Source of the DNA: Eutreptiella sp. 'Long Island Sound 2002'
Taxonomy: Eukaryota; Protista; Euglenida
Length of the DNA stretch: 64,000 nt
Direction of reading: 5' to 3'
Assembly: GCA_964036045.1 (NCBI GenBank)
Contig: OZ038379.1
Span: 4,774,001 to 4,838,000 of the forward strand
The translations under genes were made by a program, and so were the position numbers. Below the pieces are notes generated by a model that had not been told where the DNA came from, ran no database searches, and saw only the letters and a program-made list of their open reading frames with translations. Positions 37,601-49,600 of the stretch are shown here, in pieces. Every line of letters starts with the position of its first letter. The stretch's first letter is position 1.

Positions 37601-40600
37601 TTCCAGAATTGGGCTTCCGTGCCGGGCCCGGAAAATGTTTTGTCACGAAAAAATTTTCCCCCACATATGTGTAGTCAAAATGATCAGCGCGACGTGGGGA
37701 TCATTTTGAGCCATGTATGTTGGGGTCGGACCCCCCCCCCGGCACGGCAGGTAGGGCAGCCCCAGCCCAAACCCCCCTCCCGGCACGGCGACCAAGGAGG
37801 GGGAGGGGGGGGTTGGGCAAATGGGTTTCCGTGCCATCCCCCCCCCGCAAAGCAATTTTCTTACCGCCCTGTCCAGCGCCCAACCACCCGCCCTGGCGTG
37901 CGCCAACAGGCCACGACCAGGGCGCGCCGCCCTGTCCGGCAGTCGACCTCCTGCCCCAGCGTGCGCCAACAGGCCATGACCAGGGCGCGCTGCCCTATCC
38001 AGCAGCCCACCTCCCGCCCCGGCGTGCGCCAACAGGCCACGACCAGGGCGCGCAGCCCTGTCCAGCGCCCATCCTCCCGCCCCGGCGTGCGCCAACAGGC
38101 CACGACCAGGGCGCGCAGCCCTGTCCGGCAGTCCACCTCCCGCCCCGGCGTGCGCCAACAGGCCACGACCAGGGCGCGCTGCCCAGTCCAACGCCCAACC
38201 TCCCGCCCCGGCGTGCGCCAACAGGCCACGACCAGGGCGCGCAGCCCTGTCCGTCGCCCAACCTACCGCCCCGGCGTGCGCCAATAGGCCACGACCGGGG
38301 CGCGCTACCCTGTCCGGCGGCCCACCTCCCGCCCTAGCGTGCGCCAACAGGCCACAACCAGGGCGCACTGCCCATCCACTCGCCCCGGCGTGCGCCAACA
38401 GGCCACGACCGGGGCACGCTGCCCTGTCCGGCGCCCAACCTCCCGCCCCGGCGTGCGCCAACAGGCCACGACCAGGGCGCGCAACCCTGTCCAGCGCCCC
38501 ATCTCCCGCCCCGGCGTGCGCCAACAGGCCACGACCAGGGCGCGCTGCCCAGTCAAGCGCCCCACCTGTGCCCCGGCGTGCGCCAACAGGCCACGACCAG
38601 GGCGCGCTGCCCTGTCCAGCGCCCATCCTCCCGCCCCGGCGTGCGCCAACAGGCCACGACCAGGGCGCGCTGCCCAGTCAAGCGCCCCACCTGTGCCCCG
38701 GCGTGCGCCAACAGGCCACGACCAGGGCGCGCTGCCCCGTCTAGCGCCAAACCACCCGCCCTGGCGTGCGCCAACAGGCCACGACCAGGGCGCTCTGCCC
38801 TGTCCAGCGGCCCACCTCCCGCCCCGGCGTGCGCCACCGGGCCACGACCAGGGCGCTGTGCCCTGTCCAACGCCCAACCACCCACCCCGGCGTGCGCCAA
38901 CAGGCCACGACCAAGGCCCGCAGCCCTGTCTGGCGCCCAACCTTCCGCCCCAGCGTGCGCCAACAGGCCACAACCAGGGCGCGCTGCCCAGTCCAGCGCC
39001 CCACCTCCCGCCCCGGCGTGCGCCAACAGGCCACGACCAGGGCGCGCAGCCCTGTCCAGCGCCCAACCTCCCGCCCCGGCGTGCGCCAACAAGCCACGAC
39101 CAGGGCGCGCAGCCCTGTCCAGGGCCCCACCTCCCGCCCCGGCGTGCGCCAACAGGCCACGACCAGGGCACACTGCCCTATCCAGCGCCCAACCTCCCGC
39201 CCCGGCGTGCGCCAACAGGCCACGACCAGGGCGCGCAACCCTGTCCAGCGCCCCATCTCCCGCCCCGGCGTGCGCCAACAGGCCACGACCAGGGCGCGCT
39301 GCCCAGTCAAGCGCCCCACCTGTGCCCCGGCGTGCGCCAACAGGCCACGACCAGGGCGCGCTGCCCTGTCCAGCGCCCATCCTCCCGCCCCGGCGTGCGC
39401 CAACAGGCCACGACCAGGGCGCGCTGCCCAGTCAAGCGCCCCACCTGTGCCCCGGCGTGCGCCAACAGGCCACGACCAGGGCGCGCTGCCCCGTCTAGCG
39501 CCAAACCACCCGCCCTGGCGTGCGCCAACAGGCCACGACCAGGGCGCTCTGCCCTGTCCAGCGGCCCACCTCCCGCCCCGGCGTGCGCCACCGGGCCACG
39601 ACCAGGGCGCTGTGCCCTGTCCAACGCCCAACCACCCACCCCGGCGTGCGCCAACAGGCCACGACCAAGGCCCGCAGCCCTGTCTGGCGCCCAACCTTCC
39701 GCCCCAGCGTGCGCCAACAGGCCACAACCAGGGCGCGCTGCCCAGTCCAGCGCCCCACCTCCCGCCCCGGCGTGCGCCAACAGGCCACGACCAGGGCGCG
39801 CAGCCCTGTCCAGCGCCCAACCTCCCGCCCCGGCGTGCGCCAACAAGCCACGACCAGGGCGCGCAGCCCTGTCCAGGGCCCCACCTCCCGCCCCGGCGTG
39901 CGCCAACAGGCCACGACCAGGGCACACTGCCCTATCCAGCGCCCAACCTCCCGCCCCGGCGTGCGCCAACAGGCCACGACCAGGGCGCGCAGCCCTGTCC
40001 AGCGCCCCACCTCCCGCCCCGGCGTGCGCCAACAGGCCACGACCAGGGCGCGCTGCCCTGTCCAGCGCCCATCCTCCCGCCCAGGTGTGCACAACCTGGC
40101 CACAGCCAGGGCATTGGCCGGGGCGTCTCCGCCGTCAGGTAGCTCCTCCCCCGCCCCAGAGTGTGCGAACCGACTACGGCCGGGGCACCCTGCCTGTCTA
40201 GAATACCCCCTCCCGCCCCGGCGTGCGCCAACAGGCCACGACCAGGGCGCGCTGCCCTGTCCGGCGCCCAACCTCCCGCCCCAGCGTGCGCCAACAGGCC
40301 ACAACCAGGGCGCGCTGCCCAGTCCAGCGCCCCACCTCCCGCCCCGGCGTGTGCCAACAGGCCACGACCAGGGCGCGCAGCCCTGTCCAGCGCCCAACCT
40401 CCCGCCCCGGCGTGCGCCAACAGGCCACGACCAGGGCGCGCAGCCCTGTCCAGCGCCCCACCTCCCGCCCTGGCGTGCGCCAATAGGCCACGACCAGGGC
40501 ACACTGCCCTATCCAGCGCCCAACCTCCCGCCCCGGCGTGCGCCAACAGGCCACGACCAGGGCGCGCTGCCCAGTCAAGCGCCCATCCTCCCGCCCCGGC

Positions 40601-43600
40601 GTGCGCCAACAGGCCACGACCAGGGCGCGCTGCCCTGTCCAGCGCCCATCCTCCCGCCCAGGTGTGCACAACCTGGCCACAGCCAGGGCATTGGCCGGGG
40701 CGTCTCCGCCGTCAGGTAGCTCCTCCCCCGCCCCAGAGTGTGCGAACCGACCACGGCCGGGGCACCCTGCCTGTCTAGTGTACCCCCTCCCGCCCAGCGT
40801 GCGCGCACCACCCATGACGGGGGCGAGCTGCCTGTCACGTGTCCTCCACCCGCCCCGGCGTGCGCGAACCAGCCACGACCGCGGTGAGCTGCCAGTCACG
40901 TGTCCCTCTCCCGCCGCGGCGTGCGCGCACCGGCCATGACCGGCGCGAGCTGCCTGTCACGTGTCCCCCTCCCGCCCCGGCGTGCGCGAACCAGCCACGA
41001 CCGGGGCGAGCAGCCTGTCACGTGTCCCTCTCCCGCCCCAGCGTGCGCGCACGGGCCACGACTGGCGCGAGCTGCCTGTCACGTGTCCCCCTCCCGCCCC
41101 GGCGTGCCCGAACCAGCCACGACCAGGGCAAGCTGCCTGTCGCGTGTTCCCCTCTCGCCCCGGCGTGCGCGCATCAGCCACGACCAGGGCGAGCTGCCTG
41201 TCGCGTGTTCCCCTTTCGCCCCGGCGTGCGCGCATCAGCCACGACCAGGGCGAGCTGCCTGTCACGTGTCCCCCTCCCGCCCCCGTGTGAGCGCACCAGC
41301 CACGACAGGGGCGAGCAGCCTGTCACGTGTCCCTCTCCCGCCCCAGCGTGCGCGCACCGGCCATGACTGGCGCGAGCTGCCTGTCACGTGTCCCCCTCCC
41401 GCCCCGGCGTGCGCGAACCAGCCACGACCAGGGCAAGCTGCCTGTCGCGTGTTCCCCTCTCGCCCCGGCGTGCGCGCATCAGCCACGACCAGGGCGAGCT
41501 GCCTGTCACGTGTCCCCCTCCCGCCCCCGTGTGCGCGCACCAGCCACGACAGGGGCGAGCAGCCTGTCACGTGTCCCTCTCCCGCCCCGGCGTGCGCGCA
41601 CCAGCCACGACCGCGGTGAGCTGCCAGTCACGTGTCCCTCTCCCGCCGCGGCGTGCGCGCACCGGCCATGACCGGCGCGAGCTGCCTGTCACGTGTCCCC
41701 CTCCCGCCCCCGTGTGCGCGCACCAGCCACGACAGGGGCGAGCAGCCTGTCACGTGTCCCTCTCCCGCCCCGGCGTGCGCGCACCAGCCACGACCGAGGC
41801 GAGCTGCCTGTCACGTGTCCCCCTCCCGCCCCGGCTTGCGCGAACCAGCCGCGACCGGGGCAGTGCAGCGCCGCACGCGCAGTGCTGTGCGGCACGGCAC
41901 GCACAGTGTGCAGTGGCACAACCCAGCACACACAGTGCAGAGGGGCACAACACACATGTGCAGTGCGGCGCGCCACGCTCTGAACGGAGCAGCGCAACAC
42001 GCACGGTGCAGTACAGCACGTCACACACAGAGCAGAGCGGTGCGCCGCACTGAGCAGTGTAGCACAGCACGCAAAGCGCAGTGTACAGCACAGCACAGCA
42101 CCGTGCAGTGCAGCGCGCACCGTGCAGCGCGGCACAACACACGCAATGTAGTGCAGTGCGCAGCACAATGCAGTGTGGCGCAGCACACATAGTGCAGTGC
42201 AGTGCGCCCCCCTCCCTCCCGCCCCCCCCCACCCTCCCACCACCCCCCTCCCCGCCCAACCCGCGGCACGGCGGCGAGCCTGCCCCCCCCCCAAGCCCGC
42301 GGCGGCGGCTGGGGGCGCGCAGCAGGCATGGCCGGCCGATATGCAGAGTCGTCGGGACAGCCATCGAGCGCCCCCCGGGCGGCCTGTGAGCCTCAAGATC
42401 GGCCTTCAAATCAAATCAAATCAAATCCTGGACCCCCCCCCCCCCCCCAAGGGGCCTCCGGCCAACAGTTAGTTGGGGGGGTAGTTGGCGTCCAGAACCG
42501 AGGGGTTGCCCCCCCCCCCCCCCCGGAACATATATGTTGGGGTTATCCCCCCCCCCCCCCCCCGGGCCGTTGGTTAGCCCCCCCCCTCTAGCCCCCGCAC
42601 CCCAAAGGGGACTTCCCCCCGCTTCTACTAGCGGAGGGGGGGTCGCGTTTCAACCTGAGAAGTCGTCTCGACCGTACCCTTTTCATTTCTACCGCCATTT
42701 CGGGGACAAACGCAGGGCTGCTTGAATGGTCGCCCGGCCCCTGGCATTGCCGCGCCATCTTGAGGGACCGACTGAGGTTGTGTGCAGACATGTCAAAGGC
42801 CTCTGGTGGTGTCTGGTTTGTCGGTGTCCGTTTCATTCCATGGACATCCACGCGCCATTGCCCAACGACAGCAGTGGTGGTCCATGCTGCAGCCCTGCTG
42901 GGGTGGAGTGTCAAGCTGGGACAGGGTCGCGCACAAATTCCTACGAAGGCCGAACGAATGATGTACAACACTTCGCACGGAATTTGTCTGACAGAAGTTG
43001 CCCGCCGCCGAATTCCCCAACCCCCGGTCGGAGCGCGCGCAACAGGGGCAAAGAACACGCAGAGTGCATTTCAGGGCTGCGTTGTGCTGGTGCGTGGGCT
43101 TGTGCTTGGGCCTGGGTCTGGGCTTGGGTCCTTGCGAGCGAGCGACCGTCCTGGCGACAGACGAAAGGGAGGTGAAGAAGGCAGCCGGGCTGCAGGGCTG
43201 CAGGGCTGGAGGCATTTCGAAACGCGGAAGGTATGTCCAGGTCCGTGTGGAGAGCGACTGAGGGGCAAAGGTCCAGTGCTCCCGGATTTTCACTTGCGGC
43301 GATGGGGGAGGGGGGTCTGATACAGCCCCCTGCCCCCCCCCCTCCCCCCCACAAAAAAGAGCTCCCTTGACGGGACCCCCTCAAAGCCCCCGAGATGGCC
43401 TGGATGTGACCCGGACATGAGCAAAGTTTGGCCGCCTTACTTCGTTCACCCTTTGTCAGGAATTGGTGCGGAATTTGTCGCGGTAAAACAAGTTGCTGCA
43501 GCAACCGCTTTGCTAGTCCCCTCGCCCACCCCCCGCATGCGCACGCCGCTGCCGCCTTGACTCAGGGGGTGGACGAACCTGAGTCCTGGAGCATCATGTC

Positions 43601-46600
43601 CCACTACGCCCCGGTGGATTTGGACAACATCAAACTGGAGGACGCCGATTTCAAGACCCTCTACGCAGAGTACGAGCTGGAGCATCTGATCCTCACGGGT
43701 GTGCACTGCATCGCACAACCCCCTCGCACACCGCCCCGCTGCTCGCCACCCCCTCTCCGCTGCTCCCTCACCGCCTCCCGACTTGTCCCCGGGACCTCAC
43801 CACCTCGTCCCCAGCCCCCTCCCGCCGCGTCCCCGCCTCCTCGCCACCCCGCCCTGGCCCAGCTCGTCCTCCGTGTGCACTGTTTGCGCGGTGGGCGTCG
43901 CCGCCTTCGACCTGCCGAAGGAGAGCGGGAGGTGGTAAAAAAGGAGTCGATTCCCAGCAAACGCAACCCGATTGCCGTGCTGCAGAGGATGGCATGGGCA
44001 CAGGGCACACGGATCTTCAGTGGGTACCAATGTCTGGGCAACAAGGGCCAAGAGCTCCGTTGTGTTCCCAGGCAGACCAGGCGAGGGCTTGCGAAAGTGG
44101 CCAAATGGCCCGGACCCGGCCACCCCATGCACAACTCCTGGTGGGTGGAACTTGGGCTCACCACGTCAGATCTTGAGACCCAAAATCCCAATTTTTGATC
44201 AAATTGTATGCACTCTGATGCCTCTTTTCGGTTGGCTCAGAAAGTCACCGCTCTCGTCCACCCTCGTCCCCCCCAGCCCCTACCCCTCTTCGGTCCCCCG
44301 TCCCTTCCCCATGGCTCACACATCCCCTCTGCCCCTCCTCTTCTCGCGGCCGGTGCCATCACCGCCACCTCTCCCCCGCGTCCTCCCCATCCCAACACCG
44401 CTACCCCCTCCTCCCTCTTCTGCGTCATCTCCACTACGATGCCTCTCTGGTCTCCCCAGGCCTTGGCCCCACATCCGCCCGCGCAGCCACTTCCGCGCCC
44501 ACCCGTCCATTTCCTCCCTCTCTCTCGACACCGCGCCCGTGCCCTGCACCGCGACCATGGGAGCTCAACCGGCCGTGGGCTTCACCCCCGCCGGGCCCGA
44601 GCTGGCGGCGGCCAGGAGCCTGTCCTCGGTGCCCCATGCGAGGGGAAGGGCTGGGGGCTCCTTGCGGAACACCGCTGCATCCAGCCAAAGCCAGAGCCCC
44701 GGAGGGAGGGTCCTGCCACCCGGTAGCCAAAGAAGTGCAGACCCAACCAGCAGTCGTCGCGTGCGCGTGCTCTCTGACTCAAAGCTGCACGGCTGCGCCC
44801 TTTCCTTTCCTTTCGGGGGTTGGTCGCAAGCCCACGTCCTGCCCCTTGTTCCCGCTACAGGGTCCTGCATGGACGTCACGGAGGGCAACCCGCCGCGCGG
44901 GCTGGAGCTTGTGATGACCAATGACGTCAGCGCCGCGGATGCGCAGGACACATTGGTCATGTCCAACTACGGGTACTTTCAGTTGAAGGGGAATCCCGGG
45001 ATTTGGCGGTTGGGGCTGAAGCCCGGGAGTCGGGGAGACAAGATCTTTGACATTGCGGGGCAGTTTACCATCGAGGCCAACCACAATGAGGGTGTGCAGC
45101 TCTGTGCGTGTGTGTGGTCCTGGACATGGCCTGGGCGGCGCCGAGGCAGGCGCGGGGGAGGGGGGGGGGGGGGATACCGGTGCGGTTTGCTCCGCCCGTG
45201 GGTGTTTCCCCAGCAATCGGTGCTGTTTGGTGCGCGGGGCACCTCGTTTTCGTGCGTTGGTGCCTGTGGCTCCGGTGACTATCTGTTTGTGTGCTGGCAG
45301 CTGCCGACTACACGTCCCCTTTACTCTAGAAGAGGGAGAGCATCTCTTTTTCGCACTTCTGTTTTGGTCCTAACAGAGAGAGAGTGTGTGTGCGTGTCTG
45401 TGTTTGTGTGTCGGCGGACTATCTGTCTGGTGAGCGCTCGTTGCCTTGCTTGTCGCATGGAAGTGATTGGTATCTGCCGTACGGCGCGCGGGAAAAGGGC
45501 CAAAGTTTGTCGGGTAGCATTTTGTGTGTGTCGGGGGGGGGGGGGGGGGGGCGACGCCAGACCTTTGCTTAGCAACGGGGGGGGGGGGGGCGGGGGGTCC
45601 CTGTGGGGCTGCCTCAGGACCAGGCAGCCCACCCACCCACCCAAGCTGACCCACCCACCCACCCACCCAGACCCCCCCCTACCCCCCCCCGTAGGGGGGG
45701 GGGGGTGCTCGTGTGCTGTAAGCATCAGCTGGTAACACAAAAACTCTGTGTATTTGGCCAAAAAAATTGTGTCATTCAGTCACTATGCCGTCTTTGAGCG
45801 GTGGTATAGCAGTACTGGTGGTTACCCTAGTGGTAGATCACTCCACTGTCAATCTTGCAAAGCGTCGGCTCAATTCCCATTAGCTGCAAACCGGAAACCT
45901 TTGTCACTTTTTACCACTGTGACCGGAAAATTTTGTCTCTTTCTACCACTGTTCTCTCAGTGAAAATTGACCCACCCATCCACCCACCCACCCACCCACC
46001 CACCCACCCACCCAGACCCTACCCCCCCCCCCAGGGGGGGGTAGGCACTTTGGGCCAAATTGCCCCAAACCAAACTAACCCACCCACCCACAGGCCACAG
46101 ACCCACCCCCCCCCACCCCCGTGGGGTAGGACTACCCTTAAGCAAAGGTCTGGGTGACGCGCGTGACCGGCGCCGCGCCCGTTTGGGCACACCAACAGCC
46201 CAAGGGTTGGGGTACAGGGTGAGATTGGATACCCTCGTGCCGCGACGCCCCGGCACCTGCATGGCCGCGTCTTGTGTTATGCCCCATTTCTTAAAGGATT
46301 GTTGGGGCCTCGAGTTGCCTGTGCAGTGGCCGTGGGGCTGTTGTTCGTTTGGTGGAGAGGATCCCCCATCTGGGGCTTGAGGGGACGTGGTGTGACCCCC
46401 CCTCGCCCTTCTCTTTAAAGAGAATCCACGTGCCCCCGATTCCCGTTGGGGGAACAGTTTGTTCTGCCCTAACCGCTTCTGCGTGCCCTTAACGGCCCAC
46501 CAAACGTTGTGTAAGCGCCAAACCGTGCCCTCAAACCGCCGTTCCAACCGCCCATAATACGTTTGACAACCTCTTCAGTTTCAGCCTCCTGCCCCCCTGT

Positions 46601-49600
46601 CCCCCCCTTTTCCCCCCAAGAAACACACGTTTCTAGAATCTTTTCTCCTCATACAGCTTCTCAGCCCATCTGAGCCCGCACAAATCTTGTCCCCCTACAT
46701 TAGGGACATGGAAAAGGACGGCGGTGACAAACGTCGTTATGAGCAGCTTCGTTGGAGAGGACACGTACCTGAAAGTGGCGCGGAAGGAGGGCATGGAGGA
46801 CGTGAACCTGCTGTCGGAGGATGAGGAGGAGGCGTCGGAGGAGAAGGGCTCGATTTGGAGCTCGTTGTTTGGGAAGGACGAGGAGAAGGCCAAGGACAAA
46901 AAGGACAAGGCGGTGGTGAAGAAAGAGGAGGCAACGCTGAACGTCTTCTCCCTGGCATCAGGTCTGGTTGCCCTGAAACCCTCCCCCCCCCTTTCCCTCT
47001 GCCAACCCCGCCCTCTACCACCAACGGCACGCTTGCTCAGCCTTCACAGAACCCTCCCTTGTCATGAATCTTCTCCGAACTCAGAGCTTGGGTAACCCCA
47101 GCCCCCCCTCTTATGCCTCTTTCCCAACCCTCCCCCTCTACCCCTCTCTGATTTGACCACATCTTCTCTCCCTCCCCCTCCCCCTCCCGCTCGGCACTCG
47201 TCAAAGTGATCTCCGAAGGACCCCTCCCTCCCGTCGCCTGCGTTGTGGAGAGGCCGTTGTGCACATGCTTCGGCGCCTGCCGCAGAGCCAAGCCTCGCAT
47301 TGCTCAGGGCATTTGTACGAACGCCTGCTAAAGGTCATGATTCACACCGTGACCAATTACACACAGACGAGGCCCAATTCCAACGTCAAGTTCTGGTTTG
47401 TGAAGAATTTCTTGTCCCCGCAGTTCAAGCGCTTCCTGCCCCACATGGCCAAAGAATGGGGCTTCTCCTTCCAGGTCTGGCCTTTGCTTACTGGGTATTC
47501 GAGTGTGAGGGTGGCCCCTTCCACTGGGCTGTGGTTCAGATTTCCTCCCCAGGAACCGGCTCGGATCCTCCACTGCGGGAATGCTTCGTGCGCCGCCGGG
47601 GAAGGGCAATGAGCTGCAGGGGTAATGAGCACTGCATTCATTTTCCTCAATTTTGGGTGAAGGAAGTGGTTCAAAAAAAACGGGCACAATGGCGAGGCAC
47701 AATACTCAAAATGGGCAAAAATGTTGCGATGCCCACTCCCCATTCAAAGGTACGGTTCATGAAGGGTACCGTTTCCCCTGTGCCATGACAATGCACCAAA
47801 TTGCGCGCCGTAGGAGTAGCATTCCCCAGGCAAAGGCATGTCTCAGGTCCCGCTGCATGTTGTTTGCAGCCCCCGCCAATCCCGACGGCAAAGCACCTGC
47901 GCTCTGTGCGCAGGCTTTGCCGGGCCCCTAGCCTCCTCCTCTGTGCCCTCGGACCCCAGGCGCTCTGCCCTCGCCTGCCCTGCCTGCAGTGCATGCGCCG
48001 GGTCCTGCCCCACCAAAGCATTCTCCACGTCTCATACCATTGGGACACTGGGAGTAACTGGGGAAAAGGAGAGAAGGGAAGGTACCCGAAAGCCGGTTGG
48101 GTTCGGCGTTCAGTAACCGACGGCGGCTTGGGCGGCACGGACGGCGGTAAGCGACAACGGTCATGAGGAGCCGATGGCGGCTTGGGCGCAGCCAATGGCC
48201 GTTGAATGATGCCGGAAACCCGGTGGAGTCCAGGGCTGACGTACAGCGGCGTTGTGCACCGCGGTGTAATGGAAACCGGGGCCGTTTCATTGGGACTGGC
48301 CTTCAGCAAAAGTAAAGCGGACCACCCCCCCTGCCCTCGCCTTCCCACAGTTCGTGACGTACAAGTGGCCGAATTGGCTGCGGAAGCAGACGGAGAAGCA
48401 GCGCATCATCTGGGCGTACAAGATCCTGTTCCTGGACGTGCTGTTCCCCTTGTCGCTGGACAAAGTCATCTTCGTGGACGCGGATCAGATCGTGCGGACG
48501 GACCTCCACGAGCTCTACAACAAGGACCTGCGGGGCCGGGCCCTGGCCTACACCCCCTTCTGTGACAGCAACCCCGAGACGGAGGGCTTCCGGTATGTCC
48601 CGAGGAAGGCACAGCGCTGACGCCCTGCTCCACGTGTGTGTGTGTGTGTGTGTGTGTGTTGATGGTTGGCGTGAAGACAGAACTCCTGTAGATAACTGGT
48701 GCTGTCCGGGGTGTGGGTGCAATGCTGTGGGGTGGGGGCCAGAATAATTTGCTTTGCTCCACAGGGCCGCAGGCCGACCTGTTGGATTGCATCCTGCTCC
48801 GTCACGCTGCACTGTCTCCGTAGCTTCGTACAGCCGAAAGACGTCCAGGACAGCGCTGCTGTCCCTGAGGAGTTTTCTTTCCACCGCTTTTCTTGCTTTG
48901 TTCTTGTTTGCGGTTACATTGTGTGTGTGTGTGTGTGTGTGTGTGTCTTCATCGGCATCCTCCAGTCCAGGTCAGCGACGCCCAACCGCCGTCGGAAACT
49001 CCCAACCGCCGTCGGGTACCCCCAACCGCCCCACGAGGCTGTCTGGCATCCTGCCGCGCTGCCCACACTGTGCCCATGCGACACACACACACACACACAC
49101 ACGCACACACTTCGTGCGGGAAACCAGGGACCCGGTCGCACAACGTCGGAATTCGGGACTGCGGTGCTGACACACGGCCGGTGTGTCGGCAGTGGCAGAG
49201 TGGGACCCGAAGCCGTTTTCCGCCGTGGGGGACGGCCCTGGCGTCCCGCTGTCCAGCGCACCGCCGGGCCCGATGCGACAGAGCGGCAGCATGCAGTTTT
49301 GCTGCAGCACCGGGGCGATGGTTGTGGGCGTGCATCGTCAGGAGCTGCCACGGTCGCAGGCCGCAGGACCCAGCTCTACGCGATGGGGTCTGCTGCGACG
49401 GATGCTCATGGCAGGGCCGGACCCCGACGCACGGCACACTGACAATGGCATGGTGGGGGTCAGCGGATTAAGACGAGCCGATGGGGTCTCCTCCGCTCTC
49501 CCCCGTTGAGGAAGGAATACTTTGTCAGGCGTTTCAGTGATTTTGGGCTCTGGACACAAGGGCCCAGACCCCCTTCTCCCCCAGCGTTGGGAGGCACCCC

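Larger units (their letters stand above)
36500..40789. repeat. GC-rich 63-bp minisatellite, interrupted
   Basis: Unit approximates CCCACCTCCCGCCCCGGCGTGCGCCAACAGGCCACGACCAGGGCGCGCTGCCCTGTCCAGCGC. GGGCGCGCTG occurs at 36541 and 36604, and the ORF track shows 21-aa periodicity. Confidence 0.97.

Noticed and set aside
36155-42053. Long ORFs (up to 620 aa) in the GC-rich block
   Set aside because: These are stop-free translations of 63/61-bp repeats in most frames on both strands, inside a UGGT intron.
43972-45735. 587-aa ORF as one coding exon
   Set aside because: Only 44861-45091 has UGGT similarity and splice sites; the flanks are low-complexity read-through.
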